Shown here one piece after another: positions 40,201-55,200 of a stretch of DNA of 64,000 nucleotides. The notes under the pieces were generated by a model that was given only the letters and a program-made list of their open reading frames with translations, had not been told where the DNA came from and did no database searches. The position numbers and the translations under genes were made by a program. This DNA is from Auanema rhodensis. Lineage: Eukaryota; Animalia; Nematoda. Position 1 is the stretch's first letter. Each line of letters starts with the position of its first letter. The DNA lies in NCBI GenBank assembly GCA_964057225.1, contig OZ059894.1:2108001-2172000 (forward strand), in the 5' to 3' direction.

Positions 40201-43200
40201 GTGCATTTTTAAGCTAGCGCAAATCTGATAACACAGATCGACGCAGCTTGAAAATCCGCATCGAATGCACTATACTACATTGAGGAACGCTTAATACAAA
40301 AATTAGTTATGATCGTTTGAAAAATGATGCATTAGTGTATGTTGAGTTTCCATGTACACTCAACATAGCTTCCAAAAACATTTTGACAAAAATTTTTTCG
40401 AAAAATTTCAAAATAATTTAGCAAAAAGTAGATGTTTTTAGATTCCTTTTTTCAAGGCAAAGACGATCGACAATGTTATTCAACGAAAAAATTAATTCGT
40501 CAGGGTGAAAATCGAGGATATAAGTGTGAACTTATATCAGTTGATATCTCGGTGCATTTTTAAGCTAGCGCAAATCTGATAACACAGATCGACGCAGCTT
40601 GAAAATCCGCATCGAATGCACTATACTACTTTGAGAAACGCTTAATACAAAAATTAGTTATGATCGTTTGAAAAATGATGCATTAGTGTATGTTGAGTTT
40701 CCATGTACACTCAACATTGCTTCCAAAAACATTTTGACAAAAATTTTTTCGAAAAATTTCAAATTAATTTAGCAGAAAGTATATGTTTTTAGATTCCTTT
40801 TTTCAAGGCAAAGACGATGGACAATGTTATTCAACGAAAAAATTAATTCTTCAGGGTGAAAATCGAGGATATAAGTGTGAATTTATATCAGTTGATATCT
40901 CGGTGCATTTTTAAGCTAGCGCAAATCTGATAACACAGATCGACGCAGCTTGAAAATCCGCATCGAATGCACTATACTACATTGAGGAACGCTTAATACA
41001 AAAATTAGTTATGATCGTTTGAAAAATGATGCATTAGTGTATGTTGAGTTTCCATGTACACTCAACATAGCTTCCAAAAACATTTTGACAAAAATTTTTT
41101 CGAAAAATTTCAAAATAATTTAGCAAAAAGTAGATGTTTTTAGATTCCTTTTTTCAAGGCAAAGACGATGGACAATGTTATTCAACGAAAAAATTAATTC
41201 TTCAGGGTGAAAATCGAGGATATAAGTGTGAATTTATATCAGTTGATATCTCGGTGCATTTTTAAGCTAGCGCAAATCTGATAACACAGATCGACGCAGC
41301 TTAAAAATCCGCATCGAATGCACTATACTACATTGAGGAACGCTTAATACAAAAATTAGTTATGATCGTTTGAAAAATGATGCATTAGTGTATGTTGAGT
41401 TTCCATGTACACTCAACATTGCTTCCAAAAACATTTTGACAAAAATTTTTTCGAAAAATTTCAAATTAATTTAGCAGAAAGTATATGTTTTTAGATTCCT
41501 TTTTTCAAGGCAAAGACGATGGACAATGTTATTCAACGAAAAAATTAATTCTTCAGGGTGAAAATCGAGGATATAAGTGTGAATTTATATCAGTTGATAT
41601 CTCGGTGCATTTTTAAGCTAGCGCAAATCTGATAACACAGATCGACGCAGCTTAAAAATCCGCATCGAATGCACTATACTACATTGAGGAACGCTCAATA
41701 CAAAAATTAGTTATGATCGTTTGAAAAATGATGCATTAGTGTATGTTGAGTTTCCATGTACACTCAACATTGCTTCCAAAAACATTTTGACAAAAATTTT
41801 TTCGAAAAATTTCAAATTAATTTAGCAGAAAGTATATGTTTTTAGATTCCTTTTTTCAAGGCAAAGACGATGGACAATGTTATTCAACGAAAAAATTAAT
41901 TCTTCAGGGTGAAAATCGAGGATATAAGTGTGAATTTATATCAGTTGATATCTCGGTGCATTTTTAAGCTAGCGCAAATCTGATAACACAGATCGACGCA
42001 GCTTGAAAATCCGCATCGAATGCACTATACTACATTGAGGAACGCTTAATACAAAAATTAGTTATGATCGTTTGAAAAATGATGCATTAGTGTATGTTGA
42101 GTTTCCATGTACACTCAACATAGCTTCCAAAAACATTTTGACCAAAAGTTTTTCGAAAAATTTCAAAATAATTTAGCAAAAAGTAGATGTTTTTAGATTC
42201 CTTTTTTCAAGGCAAAGACGATCGACAATGTTATTCAACGAAAAAATTAATTCTTCAGGGTGAAAATCGAGGATATAAGTGTGAACTTATATCAGTTGAT
42301 ATCTCGGTGCATTTTTAAGCTAGCGCAAATCTGATAACACAGATCGACGCAGCTTGAAAATCCGCATCGAATGCACTATACTACTTTGAGAAACGCTTAA
42401 TACAAAAATTAGTTATGATCGTTTGAAAAATGATGCATTAGTGTATGTTGAGTTTCCATGTACACTCAACATTGCTTCCAAAAACATTTTGACAAAAATT
42501 TTTTCGAAAAATTTCAAATTAATTTAGCAGAAAGTATATGTTTTTAGATTCCTTTTTTCAAGGCAAAGACGATGGACAATGTTATTCAACGAAAAAATTA
42601 ATTCTTCAGGGTGAAAATCGAGGATATAAGTGTGAATTTATATCAGTTGATATCTCGGTGCATTTTTAAGCTAGCGCAAATCTGATAACACAGATCGACG
42701 CAGCTTGAAAATCCGCATCGAATGCACTATACTACATTGAGGAACGCTTAATACAAAAATTAGTTATGATCGTTTGAAAAATGATGCATTAGTGTATGTT
42801 GAGTTTCCATGTACACTCAACATAGCTTCCAAAAACATTTTGACAAAAATTTTTTCGAAAAATTTCAAAATAATTTAGCAAAAAGTAGATGTTTTTAGAT
42901 TCCTTTTTTCAAGGCAAAGACGATCGACAATGTTATTCAACGAAAAAATTAATTCGTCAGGGTGAAAATCGAGGATATAAGTGTGAACTTATATCAGTTG
43001 ATATCTCGGTGCATTTTTAAGCTAGCGCAAATCTGATAACACAGATCGACGCAGCTTGAAAATCCGCATCGAATGCACTATACTACTTTGAGAAACGCTT
43101 AATACAAAAATTAGTTATGATCGTTTGAAAAATGATGCATTAGTGTATGTTGAGTTTCCATGTACACTCAACATTGCTTCCAAAAACATTTTGACAAAAA

Positions 43201-46200
43201 TTTTTTCGAAAAATTTCAAATTAATTTAGCAGAAAGTATATGTTTTTAGATTCCTTTTTTCAAGGCAAAGACGATGGACAATGTTATTCAACGAAAAAAT
43301 TAATTCTTCAGGGTGAAAATCGAGGATATAAGTGTGAATTTATATCAGTTGATATCTCGGTGCATTTTTAAGCTAGCGCAAATCTGATAACACAGATCGA
43401 CGCAGCTTGAAAATCCGCATCGAATGCACTATACTACATTGAGGAACGCTTAATACAAAAATTAGTTATGATCGTTTGAAAAATGATGCATTAGTGTATG
43501 TTGAGTTTCCATGTACACTCAACATAGCTTCCAAAAACATTTTGACAAAAATTTTTTCGAAAAATTTCAAAATAATTTAGCAAAAAGTAGATGTTTTTAG
43601 ATTCCTTTTTTCAAGGCAAAGACGATCGACAATGTTATTCAACGAAAAAATTAATTCTTCAGGGTGAAAATCGAGGATATAAGTGTGAACTTATATCAGT
43701 TGATATCTCGGTGCATTTTTAAGCTAGCGCAAATCTGATAACACAGATCGACGCAGCTTGAAAATCCGCATCGAATGCACTATACTACTTTGAGAAACGC
43801 TTAATACAAAAATTAGTTATGATCGTTTGAAAAATGATGCATTAGTGTATGTTGAGTTTCCATGTACACTCAACATTGCTTCCAAAAACATTTTGACAAA
43901 AATTTTTTCGAAAAATTTCAAATTAATTTAGCAGAAAGTATATGTTTTTAGATTCCTTTTTTCAAGGCAAAGACGATGGACAATGTTATTCAACGAAAAA
44001 ATTAATTCTTCAGGGTGAAAATCGAGGATATAAGTGTGAATTTATATCAGTTGATATCTCGGTGCATTTTTAAGCTAGCGCAAATCTGATAACACAGATC
44101 GACGCAGCTTGAAAATCCGCATCGAATGCACTATACTACATTGAGGAACGCTTAATACAAAAATTAGTTATGATCGTTTGAAAAATGATGCATTAGTGTA
44201 TGTTGAGTTTCCATGTACACTCAACATAGCTTCCAAAAACATTTTGACAAAAATTTTTTCGAAAAATTTCAAAATAATTTAGCAAAAAGTAGATGTTTTT
44301 AGATTCCTTTTTTCAAGGCAAAGACGATCGACAATGTTATTCAACGAAAAAATTAATTCGTCAGGGTGAAAATCGAGGATATAAGTGTGAACTTATATCA
44401 GTTGATATCTCGGTGCATTTTTAAGCTAGCGCAAATCTGATAACACAGATCGACGCAGCTTGAAAATCCGCATCGAATGCACTATACTACTTTGAGAAAC
44501 GCTTAATACAAAAATTAGTTATGATCGTTTGAAAAATGATGCATTAGTGTATGTTGAGTTTCCATGTACACTCAACATTGCTTCCAAAAACATTTTGACA
44601 AAAATTTTTTCGAAAAATTTCAAATTAATTTAGCAGAAAGTATATGTTTTTAGATTCCTTTTTTCAAGGCAAAGACGATGGACAATGTTATTCAACGAAA
44701 AAATTAATTCTTCAGGGTGAAAATCGAGGATATAAGTGTGAATTTATATCAGTTGATATCTCGGTGCATTTTTAAGCTAGCGCAAATCTGATAACACAGA
44801 TCGACGCAGCTTGAAAATCCGCATCGAATGCACTATACTACATTGAGGAACGCTTAATACAAAAATTAGTTATGATCGTTTGAAAAATGATGCATTAGTG
44901 TATGTTGAGTTTCCATGTACACTCAACATAGCTTCCAAAAACATTTTGACAAAAATTTTTTCGAAAAATTTCAAAATAATTTAGCAAAAAGTAGATGTTT
45001 TTAGATTCCTTTTTTCAAGGCAAAGACGATCGACAATGTTATTCAACGAAAAAATTAATTCTTCAGGGTGAAAATCGAGGATATAAGTGTGAACTTATAT
45101 CAGTTGATATCTCGGTGCATTTTTAAGCTAGCGCAAATCTGATAACACAGATCGACGCAGCTTGAAAATCCGCATCGAATGCACTATACTACTTTGAGAA
45201 ACGCTTAATACAAAAATTAGTTATGATCGTTTGAAAAATGATGCATTAGTGTATGTTGAGTTTCCATGTACACTCAACATTGCTTCCAAAAACATTTTGA
45301 CAAAAATTTTTTCGAAAAATTTCAAATTAATTTAGCAAAAAGTATATGTTTTTAGATTCCTTTTTTCAAGGCAAAGACGATGGACAATGTTATTCAACGA
45401 AAAAATTAATTCTTCAGGGTGAAAATCGAGGATATAAGTGTGAATTTATATCAGTTGATATCTCGGTGCATTTTTAAGCTAGCGCAAATCTGATAACACA
45501 GATCGACGCAGCTTAAAAATCCGCATCGAATGCACTATACTACTTTGAGAAACGCTTAATACAAAAATTAGTTATGATCGTTTGAAAAATGATGCATTAG
45601 TGTATGTTGAGTTTCCATGTACACTCAACATAGCTTCCAAAAACATTTTGACAAAAATTTTTTCGAAAAATTTCAAAATAATTTAGCAAAAAGTAGATGT
45701 TTTTAGATTCCTTCTTTCAAGGCAAAGACGATGGAAAATGTTATTCAACGAAAAAATTAATTCTTCAGGGTGAAAATCGAGGATATAAGTGTGAACTTAT
45801 ATCAGTTGATATCTCGGTGCATTTTTAAGCTAGCGCAAATCTAATAACACAGATCGACGCAGCTTGAAAATCCGCATCGAATGCACTATACTACATTGAG
45901 GAACGCTTAATACAAAAATTAGTTATGATCGTTTGAGAAATGATGCATTAGTGTATGTTGAGTTTCCATGTACACTCAACATAGCTTCCAAAAACATTTT
46001 GACAAAAATTTTTTCGAAAAATTTCAAAATAATTTAGCAAAAAGTAGATGTTTTTAGATTCCTTTTTTCAAGGCAAAGACGATCGACAATGTTATTCAAC
46101 GAAAAAATTAATTCTTCAGGGTGAAAATCGAGGATATAAGTGTGAATTTATATCAGTTGATATCTCGGTGCATTTTTAAGCTAGCGCAAATCTGATAACA

Positions 46201-49200
46201 CAGATCGACGCAGCTTAAAAATCCGCATCGAATGCACTATACTACTTTGAGAAACGCTTAATACAAAAATTAGTTATGATCGTTTGAAAAATGATGCATT
46301 AGTGTATGTTGAGTTTCCATGTACACTCAACATAGCTTCCAAAAACATTTTGACAAAAATTTTTTCGAAAAATTTCAAAATAATTTAGCAAAAAGTAGAT
46401 GTTTTTAGATTCCTTCTTTCAAGGCAAAGACGATGGAAAATGTTATTCAACGAAAAAATTAATTCTTCAGGGTGAAAATCGAGGATATAAGTGTGAACTT
46501 ATATCAGTTGATATCTCGGTGCATTTTTAAGCTAGCGCAAATCTAATAACACAGATCGACGCAGCTTGAAAATCCGCATCGAATGCACTATACTACATTG
46601 AGGAACGCTTAATACATAAATTAGTTATGATCGTTTGAGAAATGATGCATTAGTGTATGTTGAGTTTCCATGTACACTCAACATAGCTTCCAAAAACATT
46701 TTGACAAAAATTTTTTCGAAAAATTTCAAAATAATTTAGCAAAAAGTAGATGTTTTTAGATTCCTTTTTTCAAGGCAAAGACGATCGACAATGTTATTCA
46801 ACGAAAAAATTAATTCTTCAGGGTGAAAATCGAGGATATAAGTGTGAACTTATATCAGTTGATATCTCGGTGCATTTTTAAGCTAGCGCAAATCTGATAA
46901 CACAGATCGACGCAGCTTGAAAATCCGCATCGAATGCACTATACTACTTTGAGAAACGCTTAATACAAAAATTAGTTATGATCGTTTGAAAAATGATGCA
47001 TTAGTGTATGTTGAGTTTCCATGTACACTCAACATTGCTTCCAAAAACATTTTGACAAAAATTTTTTCGAAAAATTTCAAATTAATTTAGCAGAAAGTAT
47101 ATGTTTTTAGATTCCTTTTTTCAAGGCAAAGACGATCGACAATGTTATTCAACGAAAAAATTAATTCTTCAGGGTGAAAATCGAGGATATAAGTGTGAAC
47201 TTATATCAGTTGATATCTCGGTGCATTTTTAAGCTAGCGCAAATCTGATAACACAGATCGACGCAGCTTGAAAATCCGCATCGAATGCACTATACTACTT
47301 TGAGAAACGCTTAATACAAAAATTAGTTATGATCGTTTGAAAAATGATGCATTAGTGTATGTTGAGTTTCCATGTACACTCAACATTGCTTCCAAAAACA
47401 TTTTGACAAAAATTTTTTCGAAAAATTTCAAATTAATTTAGCAGAAAGTATATGTTTTTAGATTCCTTTTTTCAAGGCAAAGACGATGGACAATGTTATT
47501 CAACGAAAAAATTAATTCTTCAGGGTGAAAATCGAGGATATAAGTGTGAATTTATATCAGTTGATATCTCGGTGCATTTTTAAGCTAGCGCAAATCTGAT
47601 AACACAGATCGACGCAGCTTAAAAATCCGCATCGAATGCACTATACTACATTGAGGAACGCTTAATACAAAAATTAGTTATGATCGTTTGAAAAATGATG
47701 CATTAGTGTATGTTGAGTTTCCATGTACACTCAACATTGCTTCCAAAAACATTTTGACAAAAATTTTTTCGAAAAATTTCAAATTAATTTAGCAGAAAGT
47801 ATATGTTTTTAGATTCCTTTTTTCAAGGCAAAGACGATGGACAATGTTATTCAACGAAAAAATTAATTCTTCAGGGTGAAAATCGAGGATATAAGTGTGA
47901 ATTTATATCAGTTGATATCTCGGTGCATTTTTAAGCTAGCGCAAATCTGATAACACAGATCGACGCAGCTTGAAAATCCGCATCGAATGCACTATACTAC
48001 ATTGAGGAACGCTTAATACAAAAATTAGTTATGATCGTTTGAAAAATGATGCATTAGTGTATGTTGAGTTTCCATGTACACTCAACATAGCTTCCAAAAA
48101 CATTTTGACAAAAATTTTTTCGAAAAATTTCAAAATAATTTAGCAAAAAGTAGATGTTTTTAGATTCCTTTTTTCAAGGCAAAGACGATCGACAATGTTA
48201 TTCAACGAAAAAATTAATTCTTCAGGGTGAAAATCGAGGATATAAGTGTGAACTTATATCAGTTGATATCTCGGTGCATTTTTAAGCTAGCGCAAATCTG
48301 ATAACACAGATCGACGCAGCTTGAAAATCCGCATCGAATGCACTATACTACTTTGAGAAACGCTTAATACAAAAATTAGTTATGATCGTTTGAAAAATGA
48401 TGCATTAGTGTATGTTGAGTTTCCATGTACACTCAACATTGCTTCCAAAAACATTTTGACAAAAATTTTTTCGAAAAATTTCAAATTAATTTAGCAGAAA
48501 GTATATGTTTTTAGATTCCTTTTTTCAAGGCAAAGACGATGGACAATGTTATTCAACGAAAAAATTAATTCTTCAGGGTGAAAATCGAGGATATAAGTGT
48601 GAATTTATATCAGTTGATATCTCGGTGCATTTTTAAGCTAGCGCAAATCTGATAACACAGATCGACGCAGCTTGAAAATCCGCATCGAATGCACTATACT
48701 ACATTGAGGAACGCTTAATACAAAAATTAGTTATGATCGTTTGAAAAATGATGCATTAGTGTATGTTGAGTTTCCATGTACACTCAACATAGCTTCCAAA
48801 AACATTTTGACAAAAATTTTTTCGAAAAATTTCAAAATAATTTAGCAAAAAGTAGATGTTTTTAGATTCCTTTTTTCAAGGCAAAGACGATCGACAATGT
48901 TATTCAACGAAAAAATTAATTCGTCAGGGTGAAAATCGAGGATATAAGTGTGAACTTATATCAGTTGATATCTCGGTGCATTTTTAAGCTAGCGCAAATC
49001 TGATAACACAGATCGACGCAGCTTGAAAATCCGCATCGAATGCACTATACTACTTTGAGAAACGCTTAATACAAAAATTAGTTATGATCGTTTGAAAAAT
49101 GATGCATTAGTGTATGTTGAGTTTCCATGTACACTCAACATTGCTTCCAAAAACATTTTGACAAAAATTTTTTCGAAAAATTTCAAATTAATTTAGCAGA

Positions 49201-52200
49201 AAGTATATGTTTTTAGATTCCTTTTTTCAAGGCAAAGACGATGGACAATGTTATTCAACGAAAAAATTAATTCTTCAGGGTGAAAATCGAGGATATAAGT
49301 GTGAATTTATATCAGTTGATATCTCGGTGCATTTTTAAGCTAGCGCAAATCTGATAACACAGATCGACGCAGCTTAAAAATCCGCATCGAATGCACTATA
49401 CTACATTGAGGAACGCTTAATACAAAAATTAGTTATGATCGTTTGAAAAATGATGCATTAGTGTATGTTGAGTTTCCATGTACACTCAACATTGCTTCCA
49501 AAAACATTTTGACAAAAATTTTTTCGAAAAATTTCAAATTAATTTAGCAGAAAGTATATGTTTTTAGATTCCTTTTTTCAAGGCAAAGACGATGGACAAT
49601 GTTATTCAACGAAAAAATTAATTCTTCAGGGTGAAAATCGAGGATATAAGTGTGAATTTATATCAGTTGATATCTCGGTGCATTTTTAAGCTAGCGCAAA
49701 TCTGATAACACAGATCGACGCAGCTTGAAAATCCGCATCGAATGCACTATACTACTTTGAGAAACGCTTAATACAAAAATTAGTTATGATCGTTTGAAAA
49801 ATGATGCATTAGTGTATGTTGAGTTTCCATGTACACTCAACATTGCTTCCAAAAACATTTTGACAAAAATTTTTTCGAAAAATTTCAAATTAATTTAGCA
49901 GAAAGTATATGTTTTTAGATTCCTTTTTTCAAGGCAAAGACGATGGACAATGTTATTCAACGAAAAAATTAATTCTTCAGGGTGAAAATCGAGGATATAA
50001 GTGTGAATTTATATCAGTTGATATCTCGGTGCATTTTTAAGCTAGCGCAAATCTGATAACACAGATCGACGCAGCTTAAAAATCCGCATCGAATGCACTA
50101 TACTACATTGAGGAACGCTTAATACAAAAATTAGTTATGATCGTTTGAAAAATGATGCATTAGTGTATGTTGAGTTTCCATGTACACTCAACATTGCTTC
50201 CAAAAACATTTTGACAAAAATTTTTTCGAAAAATTTCAAATTAATTTAGCAGAAAGTATATGTTTTTAGATTCCTTTTTTCAAGGCAAAGACGATGGACA
50301 ATGTTATTCAACGAAAAAATTAATTCTTCAGGGTGAAAATCGAGGATATAAGTGTGAATTTATATCAGTTGATATCTCGGTGCATTTTTAAGCTAGCGCA
50401 AATCTGATAACACAGATCGACGCAGCTTGAAAATCCGCATCGAATGCACTATACTACTTTGAGAAACGCTTAATACAAAAATTAGTTATGATCGTTTGAA
50501 AAATGATGCATTAGTGTATGTTGAGTTTCCATGTACACTCAACATTGCTTCCAAAAACATTTTGACAAAAATTTTTTCGAAAAATTTCAAATTAATTTAG
50601 CAGAAAGTATATGTTTTTAGATTCCTTTTTTCAAGGCAAAGACGATCGACAATGTTATTCAACGAAAAAATTAATTCTTCAGGGTGAAAATCGAGGATAT
50701 AAGTGTGAACTTATATCAGTTGATATCTCGGTGCATTTTTAAGCTAGCGCAAATCTGATAACACAGATCGACGCAGCTTGAAAATCCGCATCGAATGCAC
50801 TATACTACTTTGAGAAACGCTTAATACAAAAATTAGTTATGATCGTTTGAAAAATGATGCATTAGTGTATGTTGAGTTTCCATGTACACTCAACATTGCT
50901 TCCAAAAACATTTTGACAAAAATTTTTTCGAAAAATTTCAAATTAATTTAGCAGAAAGTATATGTTTTTAGATTCCTTTTTTCAAGGCAAAGACGATCGA
51001 CAATGTTATTCAACGAAAAAATTAATTCTTCAGGGTGAAAATCGAGGATATAAGTGTGAACTTATATCAGTTGATATCTCGGTGCATTTTTAAGCTAGCG
51101 CAAATCTGATAACACAGATCGACGCAGCTTGAAAATCCGCATCGAATGCACTATACTACTTTGAGAAACGCTTAATACAAAAATTAGTTATGATCGTTTG
51201 AAAAATGATGCATTAGTGTATGTTGAGTTTCCATGTACACTCAACATTGCTTCCAAAAACATTTTGACAAAAATTTTTTCGAAAAATTTCAAATTAATTT
51301 AGCAGAAAGTATATGTTTTTAGATTCCTTTTTTCAAGGCAAAGACGATGGACAATGTTATTCAACGAAAAAATTAATTCTTCAGGGTGAAAATCGAGGAT
51401 ATAAGTGTGAATTTATATCAGTTGATATCTCGGTGCATTTTTAAGCTAGCGCAAATCTGATAACACAGATCGACGCAGCTTAAAAATCCGCATCGAATGC
51501 ACTATACTACATTGAGGAACGCTTAATACAAAAATTAGTTATGATCGTTTGAAAAATGATGCATTAGTGTATGTTGAGTTTCCATGTACACTCAACATTG
51601 CTTCCAAAAACATTTTGACAAAAATTTTTTCGAAAAATTTCAAATTAATTTAGCAGAAAGTATATGTTTTTAGATTCCTTTTTTCAAGGCAAAGACGATG
51701 GACAATGTTATTCAACGAAAAAATTAATTCTTCAGGGTGAAAATCGAGGATATAAGTGTGAATTTATATCAGTTGATATCTCGGTGCATTTTTAAGCTAG
51801 CGCAAATCTGATAACACAGATCGACGCAGCTTGAAAATCCGCATCGAATGCACTATACTACATTGAGGAACGCTTAATACAAAAATTAGTTATGATCGTT
51901 TGAAAAATGATGCATTAGTGTATGTTGAGTTTCCATGTACACTCAACATAGCTTCCAAAAACATTTTGACAAAAATTTTTTCGAAAAATTTCAAAATAAT
52001 TTAGCAAAAAGTAGATGTTTTTAGATTCCTTTTTTCAAGGCAAAGACGATCGACAATGTTATTCAACGAAAAAATTAATTCTTCAGGGTGAAAATCGAGG
52101 ATATAAGTGTGAACTTATATCAGTTGATATCTCGGTGCATTTTTAAGCTAGCGCAAATCTGATAACACAGATCGACGCAGCTTGAAAATCCGCATCGAAT

Positions 52201-55200
52201 GCACTATACTACTTTGAGAAACGCTTAATACAAAAATTAGTTATGATCGTTTGAAAAATGATGCATTAGTGTATGTTGAGTTTCCATGTACACTCAACAT
52301 TGCTTCCAAAAACATTTTGACAAAAATTTTTTCGAAAAATTTCAAATTAATTTAGCAGAAAGTATATGTTTTTAGATTCCTTTTTTCAAGGCAAAGACGA
52401 TGGACAATGTTATTCAACGAAAAAATTAATTCTTCAGGGTGAAAATCGAGGATATAAGTGTGAATTTATATCAGTTGATATCTCGGTGCATTTTTAAGCT
52501 AGCGCAAATCTGATAACACAGATCGACGCAGCTTGAAAATCCGCATCGAATGCACTATACTACATTGAGGAACGCTTAATACAAAAATTAGTTATGATCG
52601 TTTGAAAAATGATGCATTAGTGTATGTTGAGTTTCCATGTACACTCAACATAGCTTCCAAAAACATTTTGACAAAAATTTTTTCGAAAAATTTCAAAATA
52701 ATTTAGCAAAAAGTAGATGTTTTTAGATTCCTTTTTTCAAGGCAAAGACGATCGACAATGTTATTCAACGAAAAAATTAATTCGTCAGGGTGAAAATCGA
52801 GGATATAAGTGTGAACTTATATCAGTTGATATCTCGGTGCATTTTTAAGCTAGCGCAAATCTGATAACACAGATCGACGCAGCTTGAAAATCCGCATCGA
52901 ATGCACTATACTACTTTGAGAAACGCTTAATACAAAAATTAGTTATGATCGTTTGAAAAATGATGCATTAGTGTATGTTGAGTTTCCATGTACACTCAAC
53001 ATTGCTTCCAAAAACATTTTGACAAAAATTTTTTCGAAAAATTTCAAATTAATTTAGCAGAAAGTATATGTTTTTAGATTCCTTTTTTCAAGGCAAAGAC
53101 GATGGACAATGTTATTCAACGAAAAAATTAATTCTTCAGGGTGAAAATCGAGGATATAAGTGTGAATTTATATCAGTTGATATCTCGGTGCATTTTTAAG
53201 CTAGCGCAAATCTGATAACACAGATCGACGCAGCTTAAAAATCCGCATCGAATGCACTATACTACATTGAGGAACGCTTAATACAAAAATTAGTTATGAT
53301 CGTTTGAAAAATGATGCATTAGTGTATGTTGAGTTTCCATGTACACTCAACATTGCTTCCAAAAACATTTTGACAAAAATTTTTTCGAAAAATTTCAAAT
53401 TAATTTAGCAGAAAGTATATGTTTTTAGATTCCTTTTTTCAAGGCAAAGACGATGGACAATGTTATTCAACGAAAAAATTAATTCTTCAGGGTGAAAATC
53501 GAGGATATAAGTGTGAATTTATATCAGTTGATATCTCGGTGCATTTTTAAGCTAGCGCAAATCTGATAACACAGATCGACGCAGCTTGAAAATCCGCATC
53601 GAATGCACTATACTACTTTGAGAAACGCTTAATACAAAAATTAGTTATGATCGTTTGAAAAATGATGCATTAGTGTATGTTGAGTTTCCATGTACACTCA
53701 ACATTGCTTCCAAAAACATTTTGACAAAAATTTTTTCGAAAAATTTCAAATTAATTTAGCAGAAAGTATATGTTTTTAGATTCCTTTTTTCAAGGCAAAG
53801 ACGATGGACAATGTTATTCAACGAAAAAATTAATTCTTCAGGGTGAAAATCGAGGATATAAGTGTGAATTTATATCAGTTGATATCTCGGTGCATTTTTA
53901 AGCTAGCGCAAATCTGATAACACAGATCGACGCAGCTTAAAAATCCGCATCGAATGCACTATACTACATTGAGGAACGCTTAATACAAAAATTAGTTATG
54001 ATCGTTTGAAAAATGATGCATTAGTGTATGTTGAGTTTCCATGTACACTCAACATTGCTTCCAAAAACATTTTGACAAAAATTTTTTCGAAAAATTTCAA
54101 ATTAATTTAGCAGAAAGTATATGTTTTTAGATTCCTTTTTTCAAGGCAAAGACGATGGACAATGTTATTCAACGAAAAAATTAATTCTTCAGGGTGAAAA
54201 TCGAGGATATAAGTGTGAATTTATATCAGTTGATATCTCGGTGCATTTTTAAGCTAGCGCAAATCTGATAACACAGATCGACGCAGCTTGAAAATCCGCA
54301 TCGAATGCACTATACTACATTGAGGAACGCTTAATACAAAAATTAGTTATGATCGTTTGAAAAATGATGCATTAGTGTATGTTGAGTTTCCATGTACACT
54401 CAACATAGCTTCCAAAAACATTTTGACAAAAATTTTTTCGAAAAATTTCAAAATAATTTAGCAAAAAGTAGATGTTTTTAGATTCCTTTTTTCAAGGCAA
54501 AGACGATCGACAATGTTATTCAACGAAAAAATTAATTCTTCAGGGTGAAAATCGAGGATATAAGTGTGAACTTATATCAGTTGATATCTCGGTGCATTTT
54601 TAAGCTAGCGCAAATCTGATAACACAGATCGACGCAGCTTGAAAATCCGCATCGAATGCACTATACTACTTTGAGAAACGCTTAATACAAAAATTAGTTA
54701 TGATCGTTTGAAAAATGATGCATTAGTGTATGTTGAGTTTCCATGTACACTCAACATTGCTTCCAAAAACATTTTGACAAAAATTTTTTCGAAAAATTTC
54801 AAATTAATTTAGCAGAAAGTATATGTTTTTAGATTCCTTTTTTCAAGGCAAAGACGATGGACAATGTTATTCAACGAAAAAATTAATTCTTCAGGGTGAA
54901 AATCGAGGATATAAGTGTGAATTTATATCAGTTGATATCTCGGTGCATTTTTAAGCTAGCGCAAATCTGATAACACAGATCGACGCAGCTTGAAAATCCG
55001 CATCGAATGCACTATACTACATTGAGGAACGCTTAATACAAAAATTAGTTATGATCGTTTGAAAAATGATGCATTAGTGTATGTTGAGTTTCCATGTACA
55101 CTCAACATAGCTTCCAAAAACATTTTGACAAAAATTTTTTCGAAAAATTTCAAAATAATTTAGCAAAAAGTAGATGTTTTTAGATTCCTTTTTTCAAGGC